DNA of 19,771 bases from Candidatus Krumholzibacteriota bacterium. GTDB taxonomy: Bacteria; Krumholzibacteriota; Krumholzibacteriia; LZORAL124-64-63. Under the pieces are notes generated by a model that was given only the letters and a program-made list of their open reading frames with translations, ran no database searches and was not told the origin of the DNA. The stretch spans positions 1-19,771 of the forward strand of contig JBDLKA010000066.1 of NCBI GenBank assembly GCA_039714075.1, in the 5' to 3' direction. The position numbers and the translations under genes are program-made. Shown in pieces: positions 9,512-19,771 of the stretch. How positions within the stretch are numbered: position 1 is the stretch's first letter; each line of letters opens with the position of its first letter.

Positions 9512-10576
9512 ATGGCGAAACAATTCATGAAGGGCAACGACGCCATCATCGTCGGCGCCCTCGCGGCGGGATGTCGGGCCTACTACGGTTATCCCATCAC
9601 CCCGGCCAGCGAAATCGCCCATGCGGCCGCGCTGCACTTTCCCGCCCTGGGCGGTGTGTTCATCCAGGCCGAAAGTGAAGTCTCCGCCATAAACATGGTT
9701 TACGGTTCGGCCGGCATGGGTGTCCGCACCATGACCGCATCCTCGAGCCCCGGGTTCAGCCTCAAGCAGGAAGGCCTGAGCTACTGCGCGGGCGCGGAGC
9801 TTCCCTGTGTCGTGGTGAACATCGTTCGCGGCGGTCCGGGACTGGGCAACATCGCTCCGGAACAGGCGGACTACTTCCAGATCACCAAGGGCGGCGGCCA
9901 CGGCAACTACCGCCTGATCTCCCTGGCTCCCAACGGGGCCCAGGAAATGTGCGACCTGACCATGAAGGCCTTCGACCTGGCCGACAAGTACCGCAACCCC
10001 GCCTGCATCATGGCCGACGGCATAACCGGCCAGATGATGGAGGTCGTGGATATTCCCGAAGCCGTCGCCGAACTGGCGGACAACTCGGAGTGGTCGGTCA
10101 AGGGCAATTCCGAAACCGCCGGCAACCTGATCAGCTCCATCGTGCTGGAGCCCGGGGAACTGGAAGACCACAACCTCAAACTGGAAGCCAAGTACCAGGA
10201 AATCATGGCCAACGAGGTCATGTACGAGGAATACAAGACCGAGGACGCCGACCTGGTCGTGGTGGCCTACGGCGTGGTCAGCCGCATCGTCTATTCCACC
10301 GTGGACATGGCGCGGGAGCAAGGGCTCAAGGTGGGGCTGCTGAGACCCATCACCCTGTGGCCTTTCCCGACCGAGCCCATCGCGCGGCTGGCGGATACGG
10401 CCAGCAAGTTCCTGGCCGTCGAGCTTTCCACCGGTCAGATGGTCGAGGATGTCAAACTGGCGGTAGGCGGCAAGGCGCCCGTCCACTTCTACGGCCGCTG
10501 CGGCGGCATGGTGCCCGGCAGCAAGGAGCTTCTGGCCGAGTTCACCAAGGTCATGGAAGGAGTCACCCAGTCATGA
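9512..10576 (+). CDS. vorB: 2-oxoacid:ferredoxin oxidoreductase alpha-type subunit (2-oxoisovalerate oxidoreductase VorB-like)
   Basis: MKGNDAI, YYGYPITPASE, QAESEVSAINMVYG, MTASSSPGFSLKQEG, RGGPGLGNIAPEQADY and KGGGHG, characteristic of the VorB group. Confidence 0.88.
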   Translation: MAKQFMKGNDAIIVGALAAGCRAYYGYPITPASEIAHAAALHFPALGGVFIQAESEVSAINMVYGSAGMGVRTMTASSSPGFSLKQEGLSYCAGAELPCVVVNIVRGGPGLGNIAPEQADYFQITKGGGHGNYRLISLAPNGAQEMCDLTMKAFDLADKYRNPACIMADGITGQMMEVVDIPEAVAELADNSEWSVKGNSETAGNLISSIVLEPGELEDHNLKLEAKYQEIMANEVMYEEYKTEDADLVVVAYGVVSRIVYSTVDMAREQGLKVGLLRPITLWPFPTEPIARLADTASKFLAVELSTGQMVEDVKLAVGGKAPVHFYGRCGGMVPGSKELLAEFTKVMEGVTQS

Positions 10577-11991
10577 AGACTTTTGAAAAATCCGACGGCT
10601 TCTTTCAGGTGTTCGAACGGAAATCCGGCCCGGCCAAGGAAGCCACGCACTACTGCCCGGGCTGCGGTCACGGCAACGTGCACAAGATGATCGCCGAGTC
10701 CCTGGAAGAGTTGGGCCTGACCAATCAGTCGGTGTTCGTTTCCCCGGTCGGGTGCTCGGTGTTCGGCTATTACTACTTCAACTGCGGAAACTTCCAGGCC
10801 GCCCACGGCCGGGCTCCCGCCGTGGCCACCGCGGTCAAGCGGACCAACCCCGATTCCATCGTCATCTCCTACCAGGGCGACGGCGACCTGGCCGCCATCG
10901 GCACTGCGGAAACCATCCACGCGGCCAACCGGGGCGAGAACATCACCGTGTTCTTCGTCAACAACGCCATCTACGGGATGACCGGCGGCCAGATGGCGCC
11001 CACGACCATGATCGGCCAGCGGTCGACCACCACCCCGCTGGGACGGACCGAGGAAACCCACGGCAACCCCATCCGCATGGCCGAAATGCTGGCGACCCTG
11101 CCGGCGCCGACCTACATCGAGCGGGTGGCCATCGGCAACAGCAAGCACATCATGAAGGCCCGCAAGGCCATCAAGAAGGCTTTGCGCATCCAGGCCGAGG
11201 GCAAGGGCTACAGCTTCGTGGAGATCGTTTCGGCCTGCCCCACCGGCTGGAAGATGGATCCCGTGAACGCCCGCGACTGGCTCATCGACGACATGCTCAA
11301 GGTCTTCCCGCTGGGCGTGTTCAAGGACCAGGGCGACAACCAGGACGAGGACGGTTGGAAGCGGCATTACGAGGATTTCGAGCCCGCCAAGGTGACCGCC
11401 TATCTGGACCGGATGAAAAGCGCGGTCGGCGAAATCGAACCCACCGAGTTGCCCATGGACCTGAATTGCAAGTTCGCCGGATTCGGCGGGCAGGGGATTC
11501 TCACCCTGGGCCTGTTCCTGTCGCAGATCGGTATGCGTGGGGGACACCAGGTCAGCTGGTTCCCGGCTTATGGTCCGGAAATGCGCGGTGGCACCGCCAA
11601 CTGCTCGGTCAACCTTTCGAGTGCGCGCATCGGAACCCCGCTGGTGGACCATCCCAACGTGCTGGTGGTCATGAACCAGCCTTCGCTCGACGCCTTCGAA
11701 AAGGACGTGGTTGACGGCGGCACCATCATCGTCGACTCGACCATCGTGGAAAACGCCCCGGACAGCGAGAGGCTGAACGTGGTGATGATTCCCGCCAGCG
11801 ACATAGCCGACGAGGTGGGCACGCCCAAAGTGGCCAATGTCGTGATTCTCGGCGCCCTGGTCGCCGCGACGGAGGCCTTCACCCCCGAATTCTGCGAGGC
11901 GACGCTGCGGGCGGTCATCAAGAAGAGAAGCCTTATCGACATGAACATGGAGGCCTTCCGCCGGGGTTACGATTTCGTCAGGAACTCCTAG
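10573..11991 (+). CDS. vorA: 2-oxoacid:ferredoxin oxidoreductase fused beta (TPP-binding) + gamma subunit (VorA-like)
   Basis: Start ATG 10573 overlaps the vorB stop (ATGA). Beta part: HYCPGCGHG, VGCS, QGDGD...NNAIYGMTGGQ, CPTGW. Gamma part: AGFGGQG, PAYGPEMRGGTANC. 472 aa. Confidence 0.88.
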   Translation: MKTFEKSDGFFQVFERKSGPAKEATHYCPGCGHGNVHKMIAESLEELGLTNQSVFVSPVGCSVFGYYYFNCGNFQAAHGRAPAVATAVKRTNPDSIVISYQGDGDLAAIGTAETIHAANRGENITVFFVNNAIYGMTGGQMAPTTMIGQRSTTTPLGRTEETHGNPIRMAEMLATLPAPTYIERVAIGNSKHIMKARKAIKKALRIQAEGKGYSFVEIVSACPTGWKMDPVNARDWLIDDMLKVFPLGVFKDQGDNQDEDGWKRHYEDFEPAKVTAYLDRMKSAVGEIEPTELPMDLNCKFAGFGGQGILTLGLFLSQIGMRGGHQVSWFPAYGPEMRGGTANCSVNLSSARIGTPLVDHPNVLVVMNQPSLDAFEKDVVDGGTIIVDSTIVENAPDSERLNVVMIPASDIADEVGTPKVANVVILGALVAATEAFTPEFCEATLRAVIKKRSLIDMNMEAFRRGYDFVRNS

Positions 11992-12046
11992 GCGGCAAGC
12001 CGTCCCGGAGTGGGCATCCCGCGGTCGGTCAGCGGGCGGAGGGATC

Positions 12047-13177
12047 ATGATCATTGGCATTCCGCGCACCCGCGCGGTGGATGAATTCCGGGTCGGGCTG
12101 CCGCCGCGCGCGGTGGCCAACCTGGTCGATCGCGGTAGCGAGGTCATCGTCGAACGGGGCGCCGGCGCCGGTTCCGGCTTCACCGACGAGCAGTACGAAA
12201 CCGCCGGCGCCCGGATCCTGCATTCCCTGGATGAAATCTACGGCCGCGCCGACATCGTGGTGAAGGTCAACCAGCCCGTTCCCGAGGAATACCCGCTCAT
12301 CCGTCCCGGGCAGATTCTCATGTCCGTGATGCATCTGGCGGTGGCCGATCCCCGCCTGGTGGACATCCTGCTGGAACGCAATTGTACGGCCATCGATTTC
12401 GTGACGATCCAGGACGAGACCGGTCGGCTGCCGGTGCTGCGCCCCTTGTCCCAGATCGCCGGCCGCATGGTGCCCCAGATCGCCTCCCGTTTTCTGCAGA
12501 CCGACCAGGGCGGGCAGGGTATCCTGCTGGGCGGAGCGCCGGCGGTGCCGCCGGCCGAGGTGGTCGTGATCGGTGCGGGCACGGTGGGCCGGAACGCGGT
12601 GCGGGCCTGCGTCGGCGCGGGGGCGCGGGTCACCCTGCTGGACAGCGATTTCGACAGGATTTCCGAGATCGATTGGACCTTCCCGGGACAGGTGACGACC
12701 TTCCAGGCCAACGAGGCCACGCTGCGCAAGGTCCTGGCCTATGCCAACGTGGTGGTGGGGGCCGTTCTCATTCCCGGCGCCCGGACACCCCATCTGGTGA
12801 CCAAGGAAATGGTGGGGCTGCTGCGGGACAAGAGCCTGATCATCGACATCTCGGTCGATCAGGGAGGCTGCTTCGCCACCAGCCGGCCGACGCGCGTGTC
12901 CGATCCCACCTATGTCGTGGACGGCATCACCCATTATTGCGTGCCCAACCTGCCGAGCCTGGTGGCCCGGAGCGCAACCTACGCCTTGAGCAACGCCATC
13001 CTGCCCTACATTTCCCAGGTCGCCTCCGCTCCCCTGGATCAGGTGCTGGTGGCCGATCCCGCTCTTGCCCGCGGCGTCAATATCCTGGGCGGGCAGGTGA
13101 CCCATGCCGGTTTGGCCGCCGCCCGGGGCTGCGCCGCAGTGCCGGTGGCCGAGGCCGTCGGCGGGGACCCGTCATGA
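12047..13177 (+). CDS. Alanine dehydrogenase-like protein with substituted active-site residues (possibly non-catalytic)
   Basis: AlaDH fold over the full length: MIIGIP...EFRV, ERGAGAGSGFTDEQY, G.LLGG, VVIGAGTVG, GAVLIPGARTPHLVT, DISVDQGGCF, HYCVPNLP. The canonical KVKEP reads KVNQP. Confidence 0.85.
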   Translation: MIIGIPRTRAVDEFRVGLPPRAVANLVDRGSEVIVERGAGAGSGFTDEQYETAGARILHSLDEIYGRADIVVKVNQPVPEEYPLIRPGQILMSVMHLAVADPRLVDILLERNCTAIDFVTIQDETGRLPVLRPLSQIAGRMVPQIASRFLQTDQGGQGILLGGAPAVPPAEVVVIGAGTVGRNAVRACVGAGARVTLLDSDFDRISEIDWTFPGQVTTFQANEATLRKVLAYANVVVGAVLIPGARTPHLVTKEMVGLLRDKSLIIDISVDQGGCFATSRPTRVSDPTYVVDGITHYCVPNLPSLVARSATYALSNAILPYISQVASAPLDQVLVADPALARGVNILGGQVTHAGLAAARGCAAVPVAEAVGGDPS

Positions 13178-14499
13178 GTTGGATGACCCTGTACAGGTCA
13201 CGTCTCAAGAGCGCCGCCGAGGCCGTGGAGGCCGTCTCTTCGGGAAACAAGGTCTACATGGGCTCCGGGTGCGCCGCGCCCCACACCCTGATCGCCGCCC
13301 TGACCGACCGGGCGGAGGAATTGCAGGACGTCGAAATCATCCATCACCTGACCCTTGGTGACGCCCCCTATATCGCCGGGGACATGAAGGGCCATTTCCG
13401 GCTGAATGACTGTTTTGTCGGATCCAACACCCGCGATGCCGTCAACGAGGGCCGGGCGGACTACGTCCCGGTCCATCTGCATGAAATGTCCCGGCTATTC
13501 CGTCGCGGGGTGATCCCGCTGGACTGCGCCTTCGTGGTGGTCAGCCCTCCCGATGAGCACGGCTTCTGCAGCTTCGGCATCGAAGTGGGGGTCACCAAAC
13601 CCGCCGCCCTCAGCGCGGGCCTTATCGTGGCCGAGGTCAATCGCCAGATGCCGCGCACTCTCGGCGACAGCTTCATCCACGTTTCCAAGATTCATGCCTT
13701 CGTGGAGGTCGACCGGGATCTGGACGAATTCCGGCCCGAGCCCGCCACCGAGGTCGAGCGCAGGATCGGCGCCCATGTGGCCGAACTGATCCCGGACGGG
13801 GCCTGTCTGCAACTGGGTCTTGGCTCCATCCCCAACGCCGTTCTGGAGTTCCTGGGAGACCACCGTGATCTGGGCGTCCACACGGAGATGTTTACTGAGG
13901 CCTTGCCGCACCTTGTGGACAGCGGGGTGGTCACCGGCGAGCGCAAGACCTTTCATCCGGGAAAGGTCGTCGCCGGTTTCATCATGGGCACCCGCGAGGT
14001 CTATGACTTCGCCCACGATAATGCCCTGATCGAGTTCCATCCGACCGATTACGTGAATCACCCGGGCAACATCGCCAAAAACGACAACATGGTGGCCGTC
14101 AACAGCGCCATCCAGGTCGATTTGACCGGGCAGGTCTGCTCCGATTCCATCGGGGAGCAGATCTACAGCGGGTTCGGCGGCCAGGCCGATTTCATGCGGG
14201 GGGCGGCCCTGGCCAAGGGCGGTCTGCCCATCATCGCCCTACCGTCGGTAACCACCGACGGACGTTTGTCGCGGATCGTACCCAATCTGGATCAGGGCGC
14301 GGGTGTGGTCCTGACCAGGGCGGACATCCACGTGGTCGTCACCGAGTACGGTGTGGCCCACATGCTGGGACGCAACGTGCGACAGAGGGCCGAGGCGCTG
14401 ATCTCCATAGCGCACCCCTCGTTCAGGGAATCACTCCTGGAAACCGCCCACAAGCGGGGCCTTTTCGGGAGGCTTTTTCCCGGGGGGATGCCTTCCTGA
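13174..14499 (+). CDS. Acetyl-CoA hydrolase/transferase family protein (4-hydroxybutyrate/butyrate CoA-transferase-like)
   Basis: Start ATG 13174 overlaps the upstream stop (ATGA). Motifs VSPPDEHGFCSFG, AEVNRQMPRTLGD, LQLGLGSIPNAV, LGVHTEM (catalytic Glu), VDLTGQV, SGFGGQADF, VTEYGVA and LISIAHP. 441 aa. Confidence 0.93.
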   Translation: MSWMTLYRSRLKSAAEAVEAVSSGNKVYMGSGCAAPHTLIAALTDRAEELQDVEIIHHLTLGDAPYIAGDMKGHFRLNDCFVGSNTRDAVNEGRADYVPVHLHEMSRLFRRGVIPLDCAFVVVSPPDEHGFCSFGIEVGVTKPAALSAGLIVAEVNRQMPRTLGDSFIHVSKIHAFVEVDRDLDEFRPEPATEVERRIGAHVAELIPDGACLQLGLGSIPNAVLEFLGDHRDLGVHTEMFTEALPHLVDSGVVTGERKTFHPGKVVAGFIMGTREVYDFAHDNALIEFHPTDYVNHPGNIAKNDNMVAVNSAIQVDLTGQVCSDSIGEQIYSGFGGQADFMRGAALAKGGLPIIALPSVTTDGRLSRIVPNLDQGAGVVLTRADIHVVVTEYGVAHMLGRNVRQRAEALISIAHPSFRESLLETAHKRGLFGRLFPGGMPS

Positions 14500-14520
14500 A
14501 GCCCGGTTGACGATCGACGG

Positions 14521-14576
14521 GGAAACAATTTTTCCATTGCCTGTTGACGTTTAGTCACATCGTTGACAATTTGTCT
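14521..14576. promoter_or_regulatory. Cluster of short inverted repeats upstream of the sigma54 response regulator
   Basis: GGAAA-N5-TTTCC (14521-14535), TGAC-N5-GTCA (14545-14557) and TGAC-N5-GTCT containing the perfect GACAA-T-TTGTC (14564-14576). Confidence 0.45.
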
Positions 14577-14638
14577 TCCTTGAGCGACGGTCAACCTGAC
14601 CGAAACCTTTCGGGCTTTTCACGGAGATTTTGGACAAG

Positions 14639-16036
<1,398 letters not shown>

Positions 16037-16080
16037 CCCGGGCAGGTGGCTCGTGGGCCAAATTGATGAATCCGGCCGCC

Positions 16081-16109
16081 TTGACCGGGTTTTTGAGGGT
16101 GGTTATATT
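16081..16109 (+). promoter_or_regulatory. Sigma70-type promoter of tRNA-Leu/tig
   Basis: TTGACC (16081-16086) - 17 nt - TATATT (16104-16109), followed by a GC-rich discriminator GGCGCGGCC typical of stable-RNA promoters. Confidence 0.75.
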
Positions 16110-16168
16110 GGCGCGGCCAAATGCCGTCTGGCTGATGGAGCCGCCGAAGCGGGTGCGGGACCTGTTGG

Positions 16169-16253
16169 GCGAGAGTGGCGGAACTGGCAGACGCGCAGGA
16201 TTTAGGTTCCTGTGGGGAAACCCGTGGGGGTTCGAGTCCCCCCTCTCGCACCA
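16169..16253 (+). tRNA. tRNA-Leu (anticodon TAG)
   Basis: Acceptor stem GCGAGAG/CTCTCGC, discriminator A and encoded CCA. D arm GGCGGAACTGGCAGACGC. Anticodon arm CAGGA-TTTAGGT-TCCTG (TAG at 16203-16205). Long variable arm GGG-GAAA-CCC and T loop TTCGAGT. Confidence 0.97.
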
Positions 16254-16300
16254 CCAGTATCCATACCTGGACAAGTCAACCAAAAAGAGGATTGAATTCC

Positions 16301-17665
16301 ATGACCGAGAACCAAGCGCAGGCCCCCGAACCCGATTCCGGACCAAATGCCGGACCCATCAGCACGGTCATCGAATCGCCCGAGCCCTGGAAGCGTGTCG
16401 TCAAGGCCAGCATCGACAGGGCCCATTTCGACCAGGAATACACCAATCGGCTCAAGAAAGCCGCCAAATCCCATCAAAAGCCCGGTTTCCGCAAGGGCCG
16501 CACGCCGCGGGCGGTGGTGGAAAAGGAGATGGGGGACCTGATCCGCAGCGAAACGGTGGAGGCCCTGGTGCCCAAGGCCTGGATGACCGCGCTGATGGAG
16601 CACAAGCTGGCCCCGGTCAGCGACCCCACCCTCGAAAACCTGGATTTTGGTGAAGAAGGCCCCCTGAAGTTCGATCTGGTGGTCGAAGTCCGGCCCGAAA
16701 TCGAACTGGGGGACACCGACGGCCTGGCCATCAAGCGCCGGGAAGTCGAAACCACGGACAAGGACATCGACCAGGTTCTCGAGCGCCTGCTGGAAAGCCG
16801 GGCGGAATATGAAAAGATCGACAGGGCGGCCGCCGAAGACGACCAGATCCTGCTGGACCTGGTGCCCGCCGGCCCGGAGGGTGATTTCCCCGAGGACGGC
16901 AAGATCGTCGACCAGCGTTTTGTCCTCGGCTCGCCCAACAACATGGCCGCCTTCAACGAGGGCCTGCTGGGGTGCGAGGCCGGCCAGGAGAAGACAGTAA
17001 CGGTCGATTATCCCGAGGATCATCCCAACGAGACCCTCAAGGGGCGGAGCATGGCCTTCCGCTGCCTGGTCCGCGAGGTGGCCGCCAAAAAGCTGCCGGA
17101 ACTGAACGACGAATTCGCCGACGCGGTGGCCGAAGGCAAGACCCTGGCGGACCTGCGGGGTGATATCCGGGCCGATCTGGAGAAGGAAAACGCCAAGCGC
17201 GTCGAACAGGAAATGGACCGCCAGGTCCAGGAGGAACTTGTCAAGCGCCACGATGTTTCACTGCCGCCGTCCATGGTTTCCCGTTATCTGGACTCCGGTC
17301 TGGAGGAGATGCACAAACGCAACGCCCAGATGGGCCGGCCCGATTCCGAGGACGAAGACAGGGAATACCTCGAAGCCGGGAAGCCTCATGCCGAAAAGGC
17401 CATCGCGGCCATGCTTCTGCTCGAGGCGGTGCGCCGCAAGGAAGATATCAAGGTGACGGCCGAAGATGTCGATGAACGCATCGAACAGATGGCCCTGGAA
17501 AACGGATTCGATGTTGACCGGTATAAGGAATTCGTCAACAGTGGCGAGGAAAAAGAACGCCTCGAATACGACCTTCTGGAGCGTCGCACCTACGATTTTC
17601 TGCTCTCCAGGGCCGAAATCGAAATGGTGCCCGCCGACACGGATGTTATTGGTGAAAAGGAGTGA
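16301..17665 (+). CDS. tig: Trigger factor
   Basis: Start ATG 16301 after SD AGAGGA. Ribosome-binding signature [13 protein letters not shown]-like middle domain ([14 protein letters not shown]), and position between tRNA-Leu and clpP. Confidence 0.93.
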   Translation: MTENQAQAPEPDSGPNAGPISTVIESPEPWKRVVKASIDRAHFDQEYTNRLKKAAKSHQKPGFRKGRTPRAVVEKEMGDLIRSETVEALVPKAWMTALMEHKLAPVSDPTLENLDFGEEGPLKFDLVVEVRPEIELGDTDGLAIKRREVETTDKDIDQVLERLLESRAEYEKIDRAAAEDDQILLDLVPAGPEGDFPEDGKIVDQRFVLGSPNNMAAFNEGLLGCEAGQEKTVTVDYPEDHPNETLKGRSMAFRCLVREVAAKKLPELNDEFADAVAEGKTLADLRGDIRADLEKENAKRVEQEMDRQVQEELVKRHDVSLPPSMVSRYLDSGLEEMHKRNAQMGRPDSEDEDREYLEAGKPHAEKAIAAMLLLEAVRRKEDIKVTAEDVDERIEQMALENGFDVDRYKEFVNSGEEKERLEYDLLERRTYDFLLSRAEIEMVPADTDVIGEKE

Positions 17666-17668
17666 TCC

Positions 17669-18313
17669 ATGCTTGTTCCGGTAGTTGTTGATCAGACCAG
17701 CCACGGTGAGCGGGCTTATGATATCTATTCCCGGCTCCTGAAGGACCGGATCATTTTTCTGGGCTTCCCGGTGGACGATAATATCGCCAACCTGGTGATC
17801 GCCCAGATGCTGTTCCTGCAGGCCGAAGACCCCGAAAGGGACATCTATCTCTACATCAACAGTCCCGGTGGCAGCGTGACCGCGGGTCTTGCGATCTATG
17901 ATACGATGCAATACATTACAAATGATGTGGTTACCATCTGCATGGGACAGGCCGCCAGTATGGGCGCCGTCCTGCTGGCCGCCGGTGCGGAGGGAAAACG
18001 CTCGGCGCTGAAAAATTCCCGGGTCATGATCCACCAGCCTCTCGGGGGCAGCCAGGGTCAGGCCAGCATGCTGGAGATCTACACCAAGGAGATCCTCAAC
18101 ATCCGGGACAAGCTCTACGCCATCCTTGCCGCCCATACCGGACAGCCTGGGGAAAAAATCGCCGCGGACAGCGACCGGGATTTCTTCATGTCCGCGGACG
18201 AGGCCTGCGATTACGGTCTGGTGGACAAGGTGATCGAGAGTCGTAATGAAATCGAGCCCTCCGGGGACTTGAAGAACGACGCCAAGAACGATTCGAAGAA
18301 GAAGAAGAAATAG
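17669..18313 (+). CDS. clpP: ATP-dependent Clp protease proteolytic subunit
   Basis: [19 protein letters not shown] and [12 protein letters not shown]. Catalytic triad present: GQAASMG (Ser), MIHQP (His), DRDFFM (Asp). Confidence 0.97.
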   Translation: MLVPVVVDQTSHGERAYDIYSRLLKDRIIFLGFPVDDNIANLVIAQMLFLQAEDPERDIYLYINSPGGSVTAGLAIYDTMQYITNDVVTICMGQAASMGAVLLAAGAEGKRSALKNSRVMIHQPLGGSQGQASMLEIYTKEILNIRDKLYAILAAHTGQPGEKIAADSDRDFFMSADEACDYGLVDKVIESRNEIEPSGDLKNDAKNDSKKKKK

Positions 18314-18337
18314 CGGGGGAATGGAGCTGAAGACCTC

Positions 18338-19600
18338 ATGAAACGTCGACAGAACGGCAGCCCACAGATGATCAAGTGCTCGTTCTGCGCCCGTGGCCAG
18401 GACGAGGTGGCCAAGCTGGTCGCCGGCCCTTCCAGCGTGTACATCTGCAGCGAGTGCATCAAGCTGTGCAACGACATTCTCGAGGGCGAACTGCTTGACG
18501 AGGCGTCCCTGGCGCCCCCCCAGTTCCCGAAGCCTAGAGAGATCCTGGACTACCTGGACACTTACGTGATCGGGCAGGAGGAAGCCAAGATCAGCCTGTC
18601 GGTGGCCGTTTACAACCACTACAAGCGGATCCACCAGAAGAAGACCAGCGACGGGGTCGAGATCGACAAGAGCAACATCCTGCTGCTGGGTAATACCGGA
18701 ACCGGCAAGACGCTGCTGGCCCAGACCCTGGCCAGGTTCCTCAAGGTTCCGTTCGCCATCGCCGACGCCACCGCGCTGACCGAGGCCGGGTACGTGGGGG
18801 AGGATGTCGAAAACATTCTCGTCAGGCTGCTGCAGGCCGCGGACTATAGCATTCCCGCCGCCGAACAGGGTATCGTCTACGTCGACGAGATCGACAAGAT
18901 CGGTCGCAAGAGCGGCAATCCGTCCATTACGAGGGATGTTTCCGGTGAGGGCGTCCAGCAGGCCCTGCTCAAGATTCTCGAGGGGACCGTGGCCAACGTC
19001 CCGCCCCAGGGCGGACGCAAGCATCCCCAGCAGAAGTATCTCGAGGTCAATACCAAGAACATCCTGTTCATCTGCGGCGGTGCTTTCCAGGGTCTGGAAA
19101 AGATCGTCGAACGCCGGGTGGGCCGGAACGTGTTGGGCTTCGCCCGCCAGGAGGAATTCTCGATCAGTGAAGAACGGGAGGAATTCCTGAGCCTGGTCGA
19201 GTCGCAGGACCTGATGCAGTTCGGGCTGATTCCGGAACTCATCGGCCGTTTGCCGGTGGTGACCAACATGCATGAACTGGATCGCGACGCCATGTTCCGC
19301 ATTCTCACCGAACCCCGTAACGCCCTGACCAAGCAGTACATAAAGCTGCTGGAGATGGAAGACGTGGAGCTCGTGTTCGAGCCCGCGGCGCTGCAGGCGA
19401 TCGCCGATATGGCCATCGAGCGCAAGACCGGCGCGCGGGGCCTGCGTTCCATCCTGGAAAACATCATGCGGGGCACCATGTTCGAGATTCCTTCCCAGGA
19501 TGACGTCCGGCAGGTTATCATCACGCGGGAAACCGTGGCCGAGAAGGCCGAACCCGAAGTGGTGCTGGGCGAACCCCCGATCGATATCAAGGAAGCGTAA
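18338..19600 (+). CDS. clpX: ATP-dependent Clp protease ATP-binding subunit
   Basis: C4 zinc finger CSFC...ICSEC; Walker [41 protein letters not shown] loop; LGF ClpP-docking loop; TGARGLR. Confidence 0.97.
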   Translation: MKRRQNGSPQMIKCSFCARGQDEVAKLVAGPSSVYICSECIKLCNDILEGELLDEASLAPPQFPKPREILDYLDTYVIGQEEAKISLSVAVYNHYKRIHQKKTSDGVEIDKSNILLLGNTGTGKTLLAQTLARFLKVPFAIADATALTEAGYVGEDVENILVRLLQAADYSIPAAEQGIVYVDEIDKIGRKSGNPSITRDVSGEGVQQALLKILEGTVANVPPQGGRKHPQQKYLEVNTKNILFICGGAFQGLEKIVERRVGRNVLGFARQEEFSISEEREEFLSLVESQDLMQFGLIPELIGRLPVVTNMHELDRDAMFRILTEPRNALTKQYIKLLEMEDVELVFEPAALQAIADMAIERKTGARGLRSILENIMRGTMFEIPSQDDVRQVIITRETVAEKAEPEVVLGEPPIDIKEA

Positions 19601-19734
19601 GAGCAGACCGCAACCTCCCAGCATTGTCATCACCGGGTCCGAGGCGGGCCCTTGCCAGTGGATGACCCGGACCTGGATTTCCGGCCGTGGGCGTCCCGCT
19701 GCAGCGTTCCGGTTCGGCCGGTCCGAGGAGAAAA

Positions 19735-19771
19735 ATGAGTTCCACCGATTTCATCGTTACCCGGGATGGTG
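19735..19771 (+). CDS. 5' end of a downstream gene, possibly Lon protease (by gene order only)
   Basis: Strong SD GAGGAG followed by ATG 19735, frame open to the window end (MSSTDFIVTRDG). The identity rests only on the common tig-clpP-clpX-lon order. Confidence 0.45.
   Translation, partial: MSSTDFIVTRDG

Noticed and set aside
9949..14499. N-terminal extensions of ORF-track entries 9949-11991 and 12382-14499 suggesting large fusions or frameshifts
   Set aside because: The extensions are off-frame readings of the upstream genes. The real starts are ATGA-coupled at 10573 and 13174. The same applies to 1685-2638, 3397-5031 and 16175-17665.
16251..16256. CCACCA at the tRNA 3' end, or tRNA as an integration site
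   Set aside because: The second CCA is most simply trailer sequence. There is no integrase, no duplicated tRNA 3' end and no compositional shift, and tig follows directly.
18338..19600. ClpX variants GNTGTGKT (Walker A) and LGF instead of IGF
   Set aside because: Both are conservative variants within the GxxGxGKT and [LIV]GF consensus, with no sign of lost function.
17258..19633. 791-aa minus-strand ORF
   Set aside because: Antisense shadow of tig/clpP/clpX with no recognisable motifs. Long stop-free antisense frames are expected in GC-rich coding DNA.
19601..19734. Heat-shock operator or structured RNA between clpX and the next gene
   Set aside because: No CIRCE or CtsR repeat, and no convincing terminator or riboswitch pattern found by eye.

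Overview
GC-rich bacterial chromosomal window with no mobile element, CRISPR array or phage signal that I could see. Left to right: the 3' part of a Na+-translocating decarboxylase beta subunit (+); a bidirectional terminator; an ECF sigma / zinc anti-sigma / DUF4252-like module (-); a three-gene biotin-dependent acyl-CoA carboxylase (-); a membrane-anchored hybrid kinase-receiver protein that lacks the phospho-acceptor His (-); crotonase; a Vor-type 2-oxoacid:ferredoxin oxidoreductase; an alanine dehydrogenase-like protein coupled to a family I CoA-transferase; a sigma54 response regulator; and the housekeeping block tRNA-Leu(TAG)-tig-clpP-clpX, probably followed by lon. The most interesting signals are two apparent pseudo-enzymes in an acyl-CoA metabolic cluster. 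One is a pseudo-histidine kinase (H-box HD replaced by NN, degenerate F/G2 boxes, intact receiver). The other is an AlaDH homologue with Lys75/Glu76 replaced by Asn/Gln and an intact NAD-binding fold, translationally coupled to the CoA-transferase and possibly its redox-sensing regulator. All family assignments come from reading motifs by eye; no searches were run.
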